From contig JBJCIZ010000970.1 in the NCBI GenBank assembly GCA_051294375.1, forward strand, positions 1 to 11,909: a stretch of DNA of 11,909 nt, given 5' to 3'. Position 1 is the stretch's first letter, and each line of letters opens with the position of its first letter. The notes beneath the pieces were generated by a model. The model did not search any database. It was not told the DNA's origin and saw nothing but the letters and a program-made list of their open reading frames with translations. The position numbers were made by a program, and so were the translations under genes. The DNA comes from Paraspadella gotoi (taxonomy: Eukaryota > Animalia > Chaetognatha). Below, in pieces: positions 1 through 9,559 of the stretch.

Positions 1-173
1 ATAGAGGCAGAGATCTCATCTCCGTAAGCAGTCGATAATTTATTGCTTCTCTGTCGCTTCTTTCCAGATAGATATATAGATCATAGTTCGTATCGGAGGC
101 GAACGAAGGCCGAGACAGAAGGTTCCGTTCTTTTATGCTGATTGTCGACAATATATACTTTACGAGATTCATA

Positions 174-316
174 TCTCTCCTTCTCTCTCTCATATACTCT
201 CTGTCCGATCGTCTGCTCCAATGACATTCTCTTGATCGTCATGCTCTTCTCTCTCTTCTCGTCTCTTCTCTCTTGCTCTCTCTCATCTCCCTCATCCTTC
301 TCTCTGCTCTCGTCTC
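174..316. repeat. Degenerate TC-rich low-complexity tract
   Basis: Interrupted (TC)n/CTCTT runs such as ctcttctctctcttctcgtctcttctctcttgctctctctc. These explain the Ser/Leu-rich ORF 142..339. Confidence 0.8.
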
Positions 317-318
317 AG

Positions 319-900
319 GGGGTCGACGGGGAGAACTGACGACCATGACTGCCTCTGCACAACGGTTTTTCGGCTCAAGCTGCTGCGAAAGCATCCGAGA
401 CGGCGCCCTGGCCTAGTATTTCCGTGCTTCGAGATGCCATGAAGCCCAAACTGCTGCAAAAAGTTCCGCAACCTTAACGGTCTCAAGTAGTCATCAGTCG
501 AGTTCTCCATCCTCCGAGGGCGTCGACCCTGCGCACTTCGAGGACGCCGAAGACGCAGGTGGAGGATCCTTCTTCGATCGGCGGACATCGAGAATCGCGA
601 GTCATCAATCGACGCGACCGGTGAGCATGCGACATCCATAAAGGGGAAATCGCGATGGCGGGCACGCCATTAAAGATTCGGCAAAATGCGGCATCGACCT
701 CCGCCGAGCGACGCATTCTGAGCTCAGCATGCCGCAGCACCGCCAGCTTGGGTCAGTCGCGGCAGCGCCTCCCGCCTCTTCTTCTGGCCACAGTCCGCGC
801 GCTCCAGTCTTTGGCCGAGTAAGCAGGCGTCGGTGTCGCTCCGCCCGTCGTCGCCATGCGCCGCCTCCAGGTGGCGCGGTTGCAGATGGCGGGGCAGACC
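319..900 (+). pseudogene. Reverse transcriptase palm/thumb remnant (non-LTR type)
   Basis: GVDGE resembles GxxQGE. SFFD-(shift)-ADIEN-(shift)-VIN resembles the post-YADD segment FFxxxDIxINxxKSxxxVIN. It is followed by KGEIAMAGTPLKI...ERRIL (640-720, resembling RxLG) and RRLQV (resembling YRLQV). Several frameshifts and stops must be assumed. Confidence 0.4.
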
Positions 901-2244
901 CGAATCCCGTCGAAGCACTCCTCCCAGGCGCACAGATCGGCACCTAACGGGGTTTCCTGCTCGGCGTGGCACCGCCCCTCCGGTCAATGCACATCGGCGC
1001 TCCTCTTTCTAAGCCGGAGAAATTCTCCTCGTCGCGCGCGCGACTAATCGGCACTAAAGCATCCGGCGCTCCTTTCATCCCCGGGTCGCCGGAGAATATG
1101 GAGAAACACAAGCAAGGGCCAAAAGGTTGGAAGGAAAACCGGGCACGAATCGTCAAGGTTGCGCGAGAACTGCATGCCATTCCGCCCCCATGGAAGCCTC
1201 CCAATAGTCCCGCGGCGCTGCAGCCCGCGCGCTCCACGCTTCGCGCGTGGCGCCGAATTAGCCAACGGGACGGTGACGACGCCGGCGGGCGTGGGTCCAA
1301 GCTATCGCCGAATCTGGCCGGCTGAAGACGCGGATTCAACCGGAAGCGCAACGATTTGTGGGCGAAACCCACGCCGAGTCGAATCCTGTTCCCTCGTGTG
1401 ATTTAGAGAAAGAAGGAAAAGAAGAACGAAATTAAAAGGAAGGGAGAAGGGCTGCATAATAGCCGTCTCCTAACTCAGCCCGCCGCCATTGCGGGCGTGC
1501 GCGCATCGGGAGAAAACTACGCGCCTCCCAATTCGATCCGCCGCCCGTTTCGGGCGCCCTCAGCCGGCTAACCTCGCCACCATCCTTACCAGCTCGGTGA
1601 AGGCACCGCACAACGCCCCGTCTCGGTCGCAAGGTCGCGAGAACACCGCGACGGGCGGTCCCCACGGGGCTCCTGGCACGCCCCAGGCCCCTAGCCTCGA
1701 CGGCGCGTAATGCCCGCCAGACGGCTGGATAAGGCCAACGTGGCGCTAAGCACAAGCGCTGCACTAATTCCCGCGCCCTCCCGCCGCTGGCTGCGCGGGA
1801 AAGGTAGCAGGAGGCCGCCGCGGCTGCATACAGATGCGCCCCGGCCGGTACCTTCGGTACATTTCTGACCGCAGGCATCGGATCCGTGCTCCTGTGCTGG
1901 AGAAAGCGGAGAAATGGCGTAAGAAAGGAGGACACCGAAGGCCCCGGAGCGAAAGGACCTACCATGCCAGCCGATTCTCATCCGCTTACATTACGGGGCA
2001 GCCGCCCTGACCGGTCGTCCGCCATTCGCTTACTACGGCTCCCGGCGCTTGGAATCGCGCTGGCGGCAACTGCTAGTCACTTCCGCCGAACGCCGGTACG
2101 TATGTCCGCTCCGGCCTCGGGTGCGAGCCATGGATCCATCAGCGACTTCCCCGGTCTGGGCTCCTGGAATGCCACGGCGCATGGCTCAGCGGCAATGGCG
2201 CTCCGGCATGGCTCCGCGCGGATATGGCACCCCCGGAAGGGATG

Positions 2245-2865
2245 TTCGAGACGGATTTAGCTGTGTCGGCGGCGTCGAAACGGCGGGCGAGAGGTCGGCA
2301 GGCGTCGATTCTCCTGCCGAAGCGCCTGGAGTCTGCCCACGTCGTCATCCAGGAGCCGCCGCGGCCGCCGTCTCTCAAAGGGGCTGACAACGGCGGCGCA
2401 AGCTTGCCGCTGCTCCTACATGCAACAAATGGCCTTACTACTACGGCGCGTAGTTACGACGCGCTATTGTCGTCACATGAACGCGTCCAAGTCGATCCTC
2501 AGTATCAGCGCCCAGTAATGAAAAAGCCCATGGCCGAGGATTTCAGCGGCTCAGGGCAGGCAGGAGCAACAGCAGCGCTGCTGGCTTCGCTCGAACCGTA
2601 AAGGAAGGCGCGGAACGCCGTGCGGACGGCCGCAGGGCAAAGCGGGCGCGTCCTCGACGCCGGGTCAGCTGGTCCAAAGGCGGTAACGCATCTCTGCGAG
2701 TCGAATCGGCATCCACGCGGCGTGTGAAGATGACATAAGAAAACGCTCCACGCCCTAGACGCCACACTATAAAGCGTCAGAGCGAAAAATCATGCAGATA
2801 CACCACTCAAGGAGAATATGGGAGATGAAGATGCAGATGGACGGCGACGTCGGAAGGCGGCGCGG
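2245..2865 (+). pseudogene. RNase H domain remnant of the retroelement
   Basis: All in one frame, with internal stops. FETD (2245-2256) resembles YTDGS. GQAGATAALLASL (about 2554-2592) resembles RAELxAILxAL. HAD...GDEDAD...KAAR (2791-2865) resembles H...GNExADxLAKxAA. Confidence 0.45.
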
Positions 2866-2926
2866 CAGCATCCGGCGGCGGGAGGCCCGTTCCTAGCGGG
2901 CGGGGACAGTTTCCCTCTGCGCGCCT

Positions 2927-3379
2927 ATGATCCTGCGCGACCCTGCGATTCCTCGCGCCATCTACAACAAACGCAGGAAGAATACGCTGCGCTACATGAG
3001 TAAAGGCGCGCCAACCGAGGCGGCGCTCCGCCGTCGTCGATCCCCTACCCCCGGCTGGGGCAGACGCCGCAGCCTCATCCGCGGGATCTGGGGCAGCCGC
3101 CCGACGTCCGTGCACCACGCTGCAGCCGCCGCCAGCGAATTCCGCGAAATCCGCTGGCCGCATGCATTTTTCAACGAACAGCGGTCCGCGTCGGCAGCCA
3201 ATCATGCCGCGCTAATGTCCAAAGGTCTCCTTATCCGCCTCAGACCGGAGGACCGCCATCTGATCGAGCGCCTCCCCGCTCTAGAGATGGCGGTGTTTTA
3301 CTCGAACGCCGCGCCGAAAACCCGCGCCACCATCGCGGCTTTCCTCCTCACTCGTGATTTACCGTGCGCCTGGTGCTAA
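2927..3379 (+). pseudogene. C-terminal zinc-binding (zf-RVT-like) remnant of LINE ORF2
   Basis: ORF 2927..3379 contains REIRWPHAF (resembling IxWxxxF), LIERLPALE (resembling LxxxLPTLE) and a terminal CAWC (CxxC). It lies directly after the RNase H remnant. The HxxxxC half of the motif is not readable. Confidence 0.5.
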
Positions 3380-3518
3380 ACGATCATCCCTGCGACGCAA
3401 GAGAATCGCCCGGCAAAGACGATCCCGCCGACCGCCCAAGACTTTATCGCGGTCAGCCAACGAACGCAAAGACTTAAGTCAAGCCCGGCTCGTGGAACCG
3501 CGGAGGTGGTGGCCGCCA

Positions 3519-3680
3519 GGCGGCGGCGCCGCCCGGGCGGCGCGCGGCGCCGCGCGGGCCGGGGGGCCGGGCGCGCCGCCGCGCGGCGCCCGCCGCCGGC
3601 GCCCGGCGGCGGCGCGGCCCGGCGCGGCGGCGCGCGCCGGGCCGCGGCGGCGCCCGCCGCGCCCGCGCCGCGGCGCCCGG
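3519..3680. other. 162-nt block composed only of G and C
   Basis: No A or T occurs between the A at 3518 and the A at 3681. The block is aperiodic, with GGC/CGC/CCG-rich content. Confidence 0.95.
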
Positions 3681-3973
3681 ACCGGGCGCCCAAACGGCCG
3701 CTCGCAGGTGCGAGCTCTCACCGGCCGCCCTCGTGCCAGGCCCCGTGCCGCTTTAAGAGCGCTGTCGGCGGGGCAGCAGCCGCCCCCGCATTTTGGCCGC
3801 TACGTACCCGCCCGGCTATCCTATTCCCTCGCCCGCTGCCTACGCCGCCTACGACGGTGATGCGCCATGTGAGTTTTTATCAACGCGGTCCTCGCCTGCC
3901 TTACGGCCACGGCTGCCGGCTTTCGCCCTACGGCTCGCGACGCCCTTTTCCTTCCGCCCGGGATGCTCAGTAC

Positions 3974-3997
3974 GCGCCCGGAATGGCGCCCGGAATG
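3974..3997. repeat. 12-bp tandem duplication (GCGCCCGGAATG x2)
   Basis: Exact copies at 3974-3985 and 3986-3997, with a related copy CGCCCGGGATG at 3955-3965. Confidence 0.9.
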
Positions 3998-4441
3998 CAC
4001 ATCCCCAGGCGCAGCTCGCGGCGGCGGTCTGCCGTAGCGGCAGGCGAGCATCCAGCGGCGGGCCTCCGCCACGCCACCGCGCTTGCGACGTTAAGCCCGG
4101 CGCCCCAACCTCAGCCCCAGCGGGGCCATCCGCTTGGGGCAGGCAAGCGACGGCCATGCGAGATGCTCAAACAACAAGCGGCAAAAAACGCCAGGCAGAT
4201 CATAAGATCGCATGAGTGGGTAGGTCTGGGGCGGGGATCTGCCCGCGCCCCCTCACGGGCCCCATCCGCCTCGTTCTCGGGCTTTCGAAGGCCACCGGTC
4301 TTCGTCATGCATGAGAGGGTGCCAACCCGGTCGGGGCTGCCCCGGGCCAGCTCCGGGCTACGCCCTTCCTCGCTGGATATGCCGACTTCTATTATCGCGC
4401 CGTGAAACTACAAAATCGGTGAATTAAATCAAAAGAGGAGG

Positions 4442-4458
4442 AAAAAAAAAAAAAAAAA
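4442..4458 (+). repeat. A17 homopolymer, candidate retroelement poly(A) tail
   Basis: 17 consecutive A about 36 nt after the GC/AT boundary. The run is directly visible; the tail role is inferred. Confidence 0.6.
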
Positions 4459-5251
4459 CTCGCTGGAGTTTTTGCGATCGGCGAAACTTTTGATATTCGG
4501 GTCCGCTTTATTTTGAAAATATATCGTCGACGTAAAAGTATAATCATTTTTGCGCAACAAGCTCCTTTTATTTTTTTTTTTTCGTCAATTGTGCGTTAAT
4601 CGCCATTGTTTTGGATGATTCTTGTTTGGTCTAGATATGGCAGTATAAACAAACAAAGAATAGACAGTTTAATCCTACGATTATATTGGTGGATGGTGTT
4701 TAATTTAGGTATCAAATTAATTTTCGGGGGCACCGCCTTTGCCTTTCAACAACCCGCAGAGCCACGTGCTGTTCTCTTTCTGTTCCCCCATTTATATCGG
4801 AGTAAGGAACGATGAATTAACAGATGGTAGAATCTGTGATATGTTTACTGGAGTCAATTTTGTAAAATTGCGGTTAACATTGCTTAAAATTCGCCTGGCG
4901 TCTTTTTTTCGTTGAAAGCCTGGTTGTAGAATAAATTTCTCGAACGATTCAAGGTTTTGACTCTTGGCGCAAAGATGTTTTCCACTGGTGTGTTTAGATT
5001 TAAGAAAAAAAAAAAATATGGGCTCTGATTATAGAGTAGGCTTATGGTATTCTTTGTTCATGTTGTTAAATTGAAAAGAAAAATAATGGAATTCCTGGAT
5101 GTTTTTATTCTGCTTTTTGTTAAGATTTCAAGTTTAGTCAGTTCTTCTAAAAACCGAGTGAAAATTTCGTCGTAGGATTTAGTGCCGGCATTTGAAATGA
5201 TGTATATTATGATAACGTGGTGAATTTGGCTTTTTTTTTCCCCCCAAATTA

Positions 5252-5429
5252 AAAAGAAAGTAAGTGTCGTTTTTTAGAAACTTTAAAAAATAGAGGTTTT
5301 ATTCATATATCGGCGTATTTAACAATTACAAGAAAGAAGTTCGTTTTTAATGTGCATTAAAGAAAGAAGTTCGTTTTTTAAAAAATTTTAAAAAATAAGG
5401 TTTTATCATGTCGGGCGATTTTAGAATAC
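5252..5429. repeat. Imperfect direct repeat of about 75 bp with an extra partial copy
   Basis: 5252-5329 aligns with 5359-5429 (aagaaag..aagt..tcgtttttta..aaa..tttaaaaaata..aggttttat..cat..tcgg). AAGAAAGAAGTTCGTTTTT is exact at 5330-5348 and 5360-5378. Confidence 0.85.
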
Positions 5430-5910
5430 GCTGAAATAATCAAATTTCGAGCTTATCCTTGCTCACCCAGAACTCTTTTTTAAGATTAAGGGAAAGCAAG
5501 AATAGTTTATAATTTTTAATTTTGATGATGCAAAACCTATGGCCTCAGAAGTTTGGGTGCATTAATTTTTCAAACCCCCTCAAAGGGTTTGTGTTAATTG
5601 CCGCTTAGCCATCAAATGATAGTCCTTGAAAAAGAAGACGAAACGACGTAATTAAGAATAGGCACAGTTAATAGCGCTTCCAATTAGTGAATATAGTAAG
5701 GTTATTCATGCTTTGTAAATTTTTTTTTCGTCAAAATTAAATACGAAACTATGTGATGTGGTATAGAATGCTACTTTAAAATAATGAATAGTTGCAACAT
5801 ATCTCCTTCCGATGGTGGCACGACAGCTTACTTTAGGCAAAAAAATAACGGCAACTTGGGCGTTGCTATTTTACAGATTTAAAAAATTGTTTCATGAAAA
5901 TTTTATTTAA

Positions 5911-5926
5911 GGGGGGGGGGGGGGGG
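5911..5926. repeat. G16 homopolymer
   Basis: 16 consecutive G in an AT-rich context. Confidence 0.95.
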
Positions 5927-7365
5927 TGGAAAAAATCCTTTCATTTTCCGTCTGTTTATGAGTGGAGAAGAAAAGTGCGCAAAGTTTTTGTGAATTCTGC
6001 AAGCAAGATTTGATCAAAAAAAAAATCGTTGTGAGCAAATTCAAAAACTTTGATTTCTCTTAAATGATATTTTATGGATATGAGGGTCAAGTCCTACGAC
6101 TAAGCCTCTTGACATGCTGGCAACGAGCATGCAAATCTTCATGACCGATCTCCTAAGGCTCATCGCTTCAACGGCGTTCAAAGATCACAATACAATAAAT
6201 AAAAACTGTCGCCGAAGGTTACAGGGTGGTTTAGCGGTTAAGAGGGTAGGCGTATTTCATAAGTAATCATTTTTTAAAATTAAAACAAAACTAATTAAAT
6301 GCGTTTTCTATCAAACGACAATCCAGTCGCCGAAAGTAAAATTTATCCTTTTATGGTGGACTAAAATCCACCACCATTATGGTATTGTGTCCTTTTGTTT
6401 AACAGCGCTTGCAATTCTGATCATAAATTAGAACAAGTAACTCGGCTCCTGCGGAAAATCTGGCATAACAGTTAATTTTACATTATTGACACAAATGGCG
6501 TAAACAGCTCATTGCTATTTATTGGCTCAGACTAATTAAAACGCGGATAGATGTCTTTAATTATAAACTAAATTTATTAGCGGTTTCGTTTTTCTTTTTT
6601 GCTTAGTAATTTTTTTACATCGAAATAAACTAAGACCAGGTTTAGCCGTTGAGGAGAAACTTTTTTCTTTATAGCTCTATATTCAAAAAATCACTGTAGC
6701 AATTATGTATGGCTTGAATTAAAATGATGATACGGGTATACGATCTTTAAGAAAGAATAATAAAGCCTCAAGATACATGTGTATCTATATATTATGCTTT
6801 ATGTTGTATTTGCAATTTAACGGTTGGCCGACTAAGTTTCATGTAAGGTAAAGGTTTCAATAAAGAAAATAACATAGTGTGTTGTTCAAATAAATGAGGA
6901 GCTTTAAAAAGTGGTAAGAACATTTAACAATCACGCTCGGACAAACGATGTATTTTTAGTGAAGGGAAATAGTGGATTAATTTAAGCAGTAAACGATGGT
7001 TGGTAAAGACTGTTGTAGTAAGGTTGTTTCTAGTGTAAACCCTAAATGAACTGTAATACGCAAAAATAATGGATAAGTATGACAGGGGTGGGACCATATA
7101 TCTAAAGACAAAAATCTTAAAAAATCATTGCTCTAAAACTTAATGATTTTTAAAAATCTAAACAAAATATTTCAATAATACTCTTTCGCTTTTAGACTAT
7201 GTATTGAATTGTTTGGTGAAATTTCTTTGATAATAATGCTTATTTTGATGCCGCAGAAAGGCGCAATGTGCTCTGCTTTTCTCCGCGCGGTTTGGAACAA
7301 AAGATGTTTTGAAAGTACTTATTGTTAATTTCATTCTAAAGAGTATAATAAAATATCAATAAACG

Positions 7366-7640
7366 TTGAGCCTGGGGATGGGAGCACGCGGCCAACGCGG
7401 TGTAGGGGAGGGAGGGAGAGGAGAAAGGACCCGCCGCGAACGATCTGCAGTGGCCTGCAATGCGAGGGCGGGAGAAAACGGCTAGGAGAGTGGCAGGAGA
7501 GGCGGCTAGGAGAAAGAACGGCGGAAGCCTGGGCAGGAGGAGTAGAGAGACAAAAGGATCGAGGAATGACGCCATGGACTCTACCCATGAACTCACCGGA
7601 CCAATAAGGAACCGGAGTTAGAAGGTCGCGGGCACAAGAG
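7366..7640. other. Small GC-rich, purine-skewed island of unknown origin
   Basis: Abrupt rise in GC and a strongly G/A-rich + strand. CGGCTAGGAGA is repeated at 7479-7489 and 7503-7513. Confidence 0.6.
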
Positions 7641-8550
7641 AAATTTGAGAATGGAGAATTCGTTTTTGACTTTGTGTAGAAAGACTTAGCGGTTTCTTAG
7701 CTTTCACTCTCGTTCTCATCGTTTCTGGATCCACGTCTGCGCTCTCAGAGAATTTTGTTTGTGCAAAAAATAGAATTCTTAAGATTTGACCGAGCATTTG
7801 ACTTCAGTTATTGTGATATTTTATTTGTAGTATAATAATGCTTCTGGGCAAGGTGTACATTGCATTTCGTTTAAAAATTGTGAAGTAAGCAATGTAAGTT
7901 GCGGGTAAGTTACTGTATGGTTTAGGATTTTTATTAATACTTATTTTTATCAAAATTATTTATTTAACGATAATGTCAGAATAATAAATTATATGTAAAA
8001 TTTCTGAATGCATAATAAAAGGGTTTAAAACGGTATGATATACATAAAGTTAGTTATGAACCAATTTAAGTATATATTTAAAATTTTCGTAAATTTTTTT
8101 TCACTAGCTTTAAAAATAGTAAATAGGTTTAATTTGGATAGTTATGAACAGGCTTAAATCAGGTAATTGAAGGAAAATATTAAAAAGTATGGCCTTTCAT
8201 CTAATGAATAAAAAAGGATAGGTTTGCTTAAAAACTCATTTTGTTTCATTATTAGTATGAAAAGGTTGAAAAGCCATAAAAAAGTCTTTAGCACTAACAT
8301 TTTATGATTGGTACCTCAAAACGTTCAAGAACAGGGCAGAGACGTTAAAGTTTTGGTCATATATATAATGCCCACCTCTTGTAACATTGACTAATTTTGG
8401 GCAGCAAACAAGATTCAAGTCGATGCATTGTAGAATTTGAGAAGATATTTTAGAAATTAATTGTATATGTACCAAAGAAAGGTATTCTAATAATATTTTA
8501 CTCTTATAATTTGTTGGGTTTTAGTAAAATAAAGAACTAACTAAACTTGT

Positions 8551-9230
8551 CTGCATATTTTAATCAGCTTTTTAGTTTCGAGCGGACACCGCATTGAGCG
8601 CGGAAATTTACCCAATAAAAAGTGAGGGATTGTCATTTCAATTTAAAATGCCTGGGAGAAAGCAATACCTATGCTCTTTTTTTTTGTCACTCGATTCAAA
8701 ATTCGTTTTAGCGCGCGTTTTCGAATCAAATCTTGACGGGGGCGTCGACGTCGCTTCCGTCGGCAACGATCGTTTCCCCGGCGAAGGAAGACTCCACTAC
8801 GACTTCACTGAAGCTGAAATTTATAAATTAGTTGACGAATTAAATTTACTTATTCGATTTAATTAATTAAATATTAAATGAATTGAATAAATTATCTCTC
8901 TCTCTCCTTCCTGATTCCCAGCCTCCTTCGTGAGGGCCACTCTTCTATCGACAATTTCCAGAAATGCTTGGTCTTTTTCGGTCAATATGACCTGAAGTGA
9001 CCGAGAGGAGATAGGTTCACCGTGCCTCTCTATGTGCATCACCTCTATACTGTCCCTTAGTTAATCATTAATTATTAATGTTAATGTGCCGATAAACTAT
9101 AATTACCTTTACATCAGCTTCTTAATTAACTTAATGACCCCAATTTGGGTCTAGCATGGAGCAGGTAAATCTCCCTCCTTTTCCGTTTTACCAACTTTTA
9201 TTTCTAACTGACAAACTGTGAACAAATAAA
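8551..9230 (-). pseudogene. Candidate spliced gene remnant, product unknown
   Basis: Minus-strand exon-like blocks at about 9215-9107, 9055-8896 and 8813-8669, separated by AT-rich intron-like gaps. Signals: donor AG|GTAATT (9106); CTAAT...TTTCAG (8831-8814); donor AG|GTATTG (8668); GCTGAT...TGCAG (8568-8551). There are in-frame TAG/TAA stops and one non-canonical donor (ATAATT at 8895). Confidence 0.35.
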
Positions 9231-9387
9231 CTAAAAAAAGTATAGGAGCACCGTTTTGTCTTGACAGTTTTCGTGAAAAAAAAACAGAACTTGTTCTAAA
9301 TTTCGTAACAAGGAAGTTCCGTTACAAGGAGATGTCAACCTCAAAAACTATGAATAAGGAATGAGATCCAAAAAGGTTTTTTTTTCG

Positions 9388-9403
9388 CCGCGAGTACTCG
9401 CGG
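9388..9403. repeat. Perfect 16-bp GC-rich palindrome CCGCGAGTACTCGCGG
   Basis: The sequence equals its own reverse complement and sits in AT-rich surroundings. Confidence 0.95.
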
Positions 9404-9559
9404 GGGCAACTCGATAAACCTCTTTTCGGGCGGTTCGTCGGTCGGTCTTATTGTATGTTTCTCCCTCTGTCCATTAGAGTGGAGCACTCAAGGACAAAAA
9501 ATTTATTTGAATGATCGAACAATGATATTTAGATGTGAGATAGTATGATTGACTAGTAC

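Larger units (their letters stand above)
319..4458 (+). mobile_element. Heavily corrupted, 5'-truncated non-LTR (LINE-type) retrotransposon with RT, RNase H and C-terminal zinc-binding remnants
   Basis: GC-rich island with collinear + strand motif remnants in changing frames. RT: GVDGE 319-333, SFFD/ADIEN/VIN 567-609, RRLQV 859-873. Tether: WKENRARIVKVAREL from 1128, GRNP 1360-1371. RNase H: 2245-2865. zf-RVT-like: EIRW...LIERLPALE...CAWC 3146-3376. An abrupt drop to AT-rich sequence follows at about 4406, with A17 at 4442-4458. The catalytic YADD motif is not recognisable and no database search was run. Confidence 0.55.

Noticed and set aside
1567-1623. ANLATILTSSVKAPHNAPS as the RNase H AELxAILxAL motif
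   Set aside because: The resemblance is superficial. The 2245-2865 segment has three RNase H-like motifs in one frame and sits directly before the zinc-binding region.
292-3205. Numerous short minus-strand ORFs in the GC island
   Set aside because: These are shadow ORFs expected at high GC. The recognisable motifs are all on the + strand.
3984-3998. WRPEC as the terminal IWxxRC motif of LINE ORF2
   Set aside because: The position fits, but the reading spans the junction of a 12-bp tandem duplication, so it is not counted as independent evidence.
2867-4062. 16-nt near-identical pair AGCATCCRGCGGCGGG at 2867 and 4047 as LTRs or terminal repeats
   Set aside because: Too short, does not extend, and plausible by chance in GC-rich DNA.
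3354-4405. Long overlapping Arg/Ala/Pro/Gly-rich ORFs, including the 299-aa ORF 3506..4405
   Set aside because: They stay open because stop codons are rare or impossible in the G/C-only block and its GC-rich flanks. No domain signal is visible.
4606-4815. 69-aa hydrophobic + strand ORF
   Set aside because: TTG start, and the composition simply mirrors T-rich DNA.
6224-6255. tRNA A-box-like TGGTTTAGCGG
   Set aside because: No downstream B-box (GTTCRA) or cloverleaf stems.
6354-7153. Small inverted repeats (TGGTGGA/TCCACCA at 6354-6373; AAAAATCATT/AATGATTTTT at about 7120-7151)
   Set aside because: Short stems expected by chance in 12 kb, with no associated feature.
8594-8866. 90-aa + strand ORF as a real CDS
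   Set aside because: It has a TTG start and no recognisable family. It runs through segments that carry minus-strand splice signals, so it is more likely antisense.
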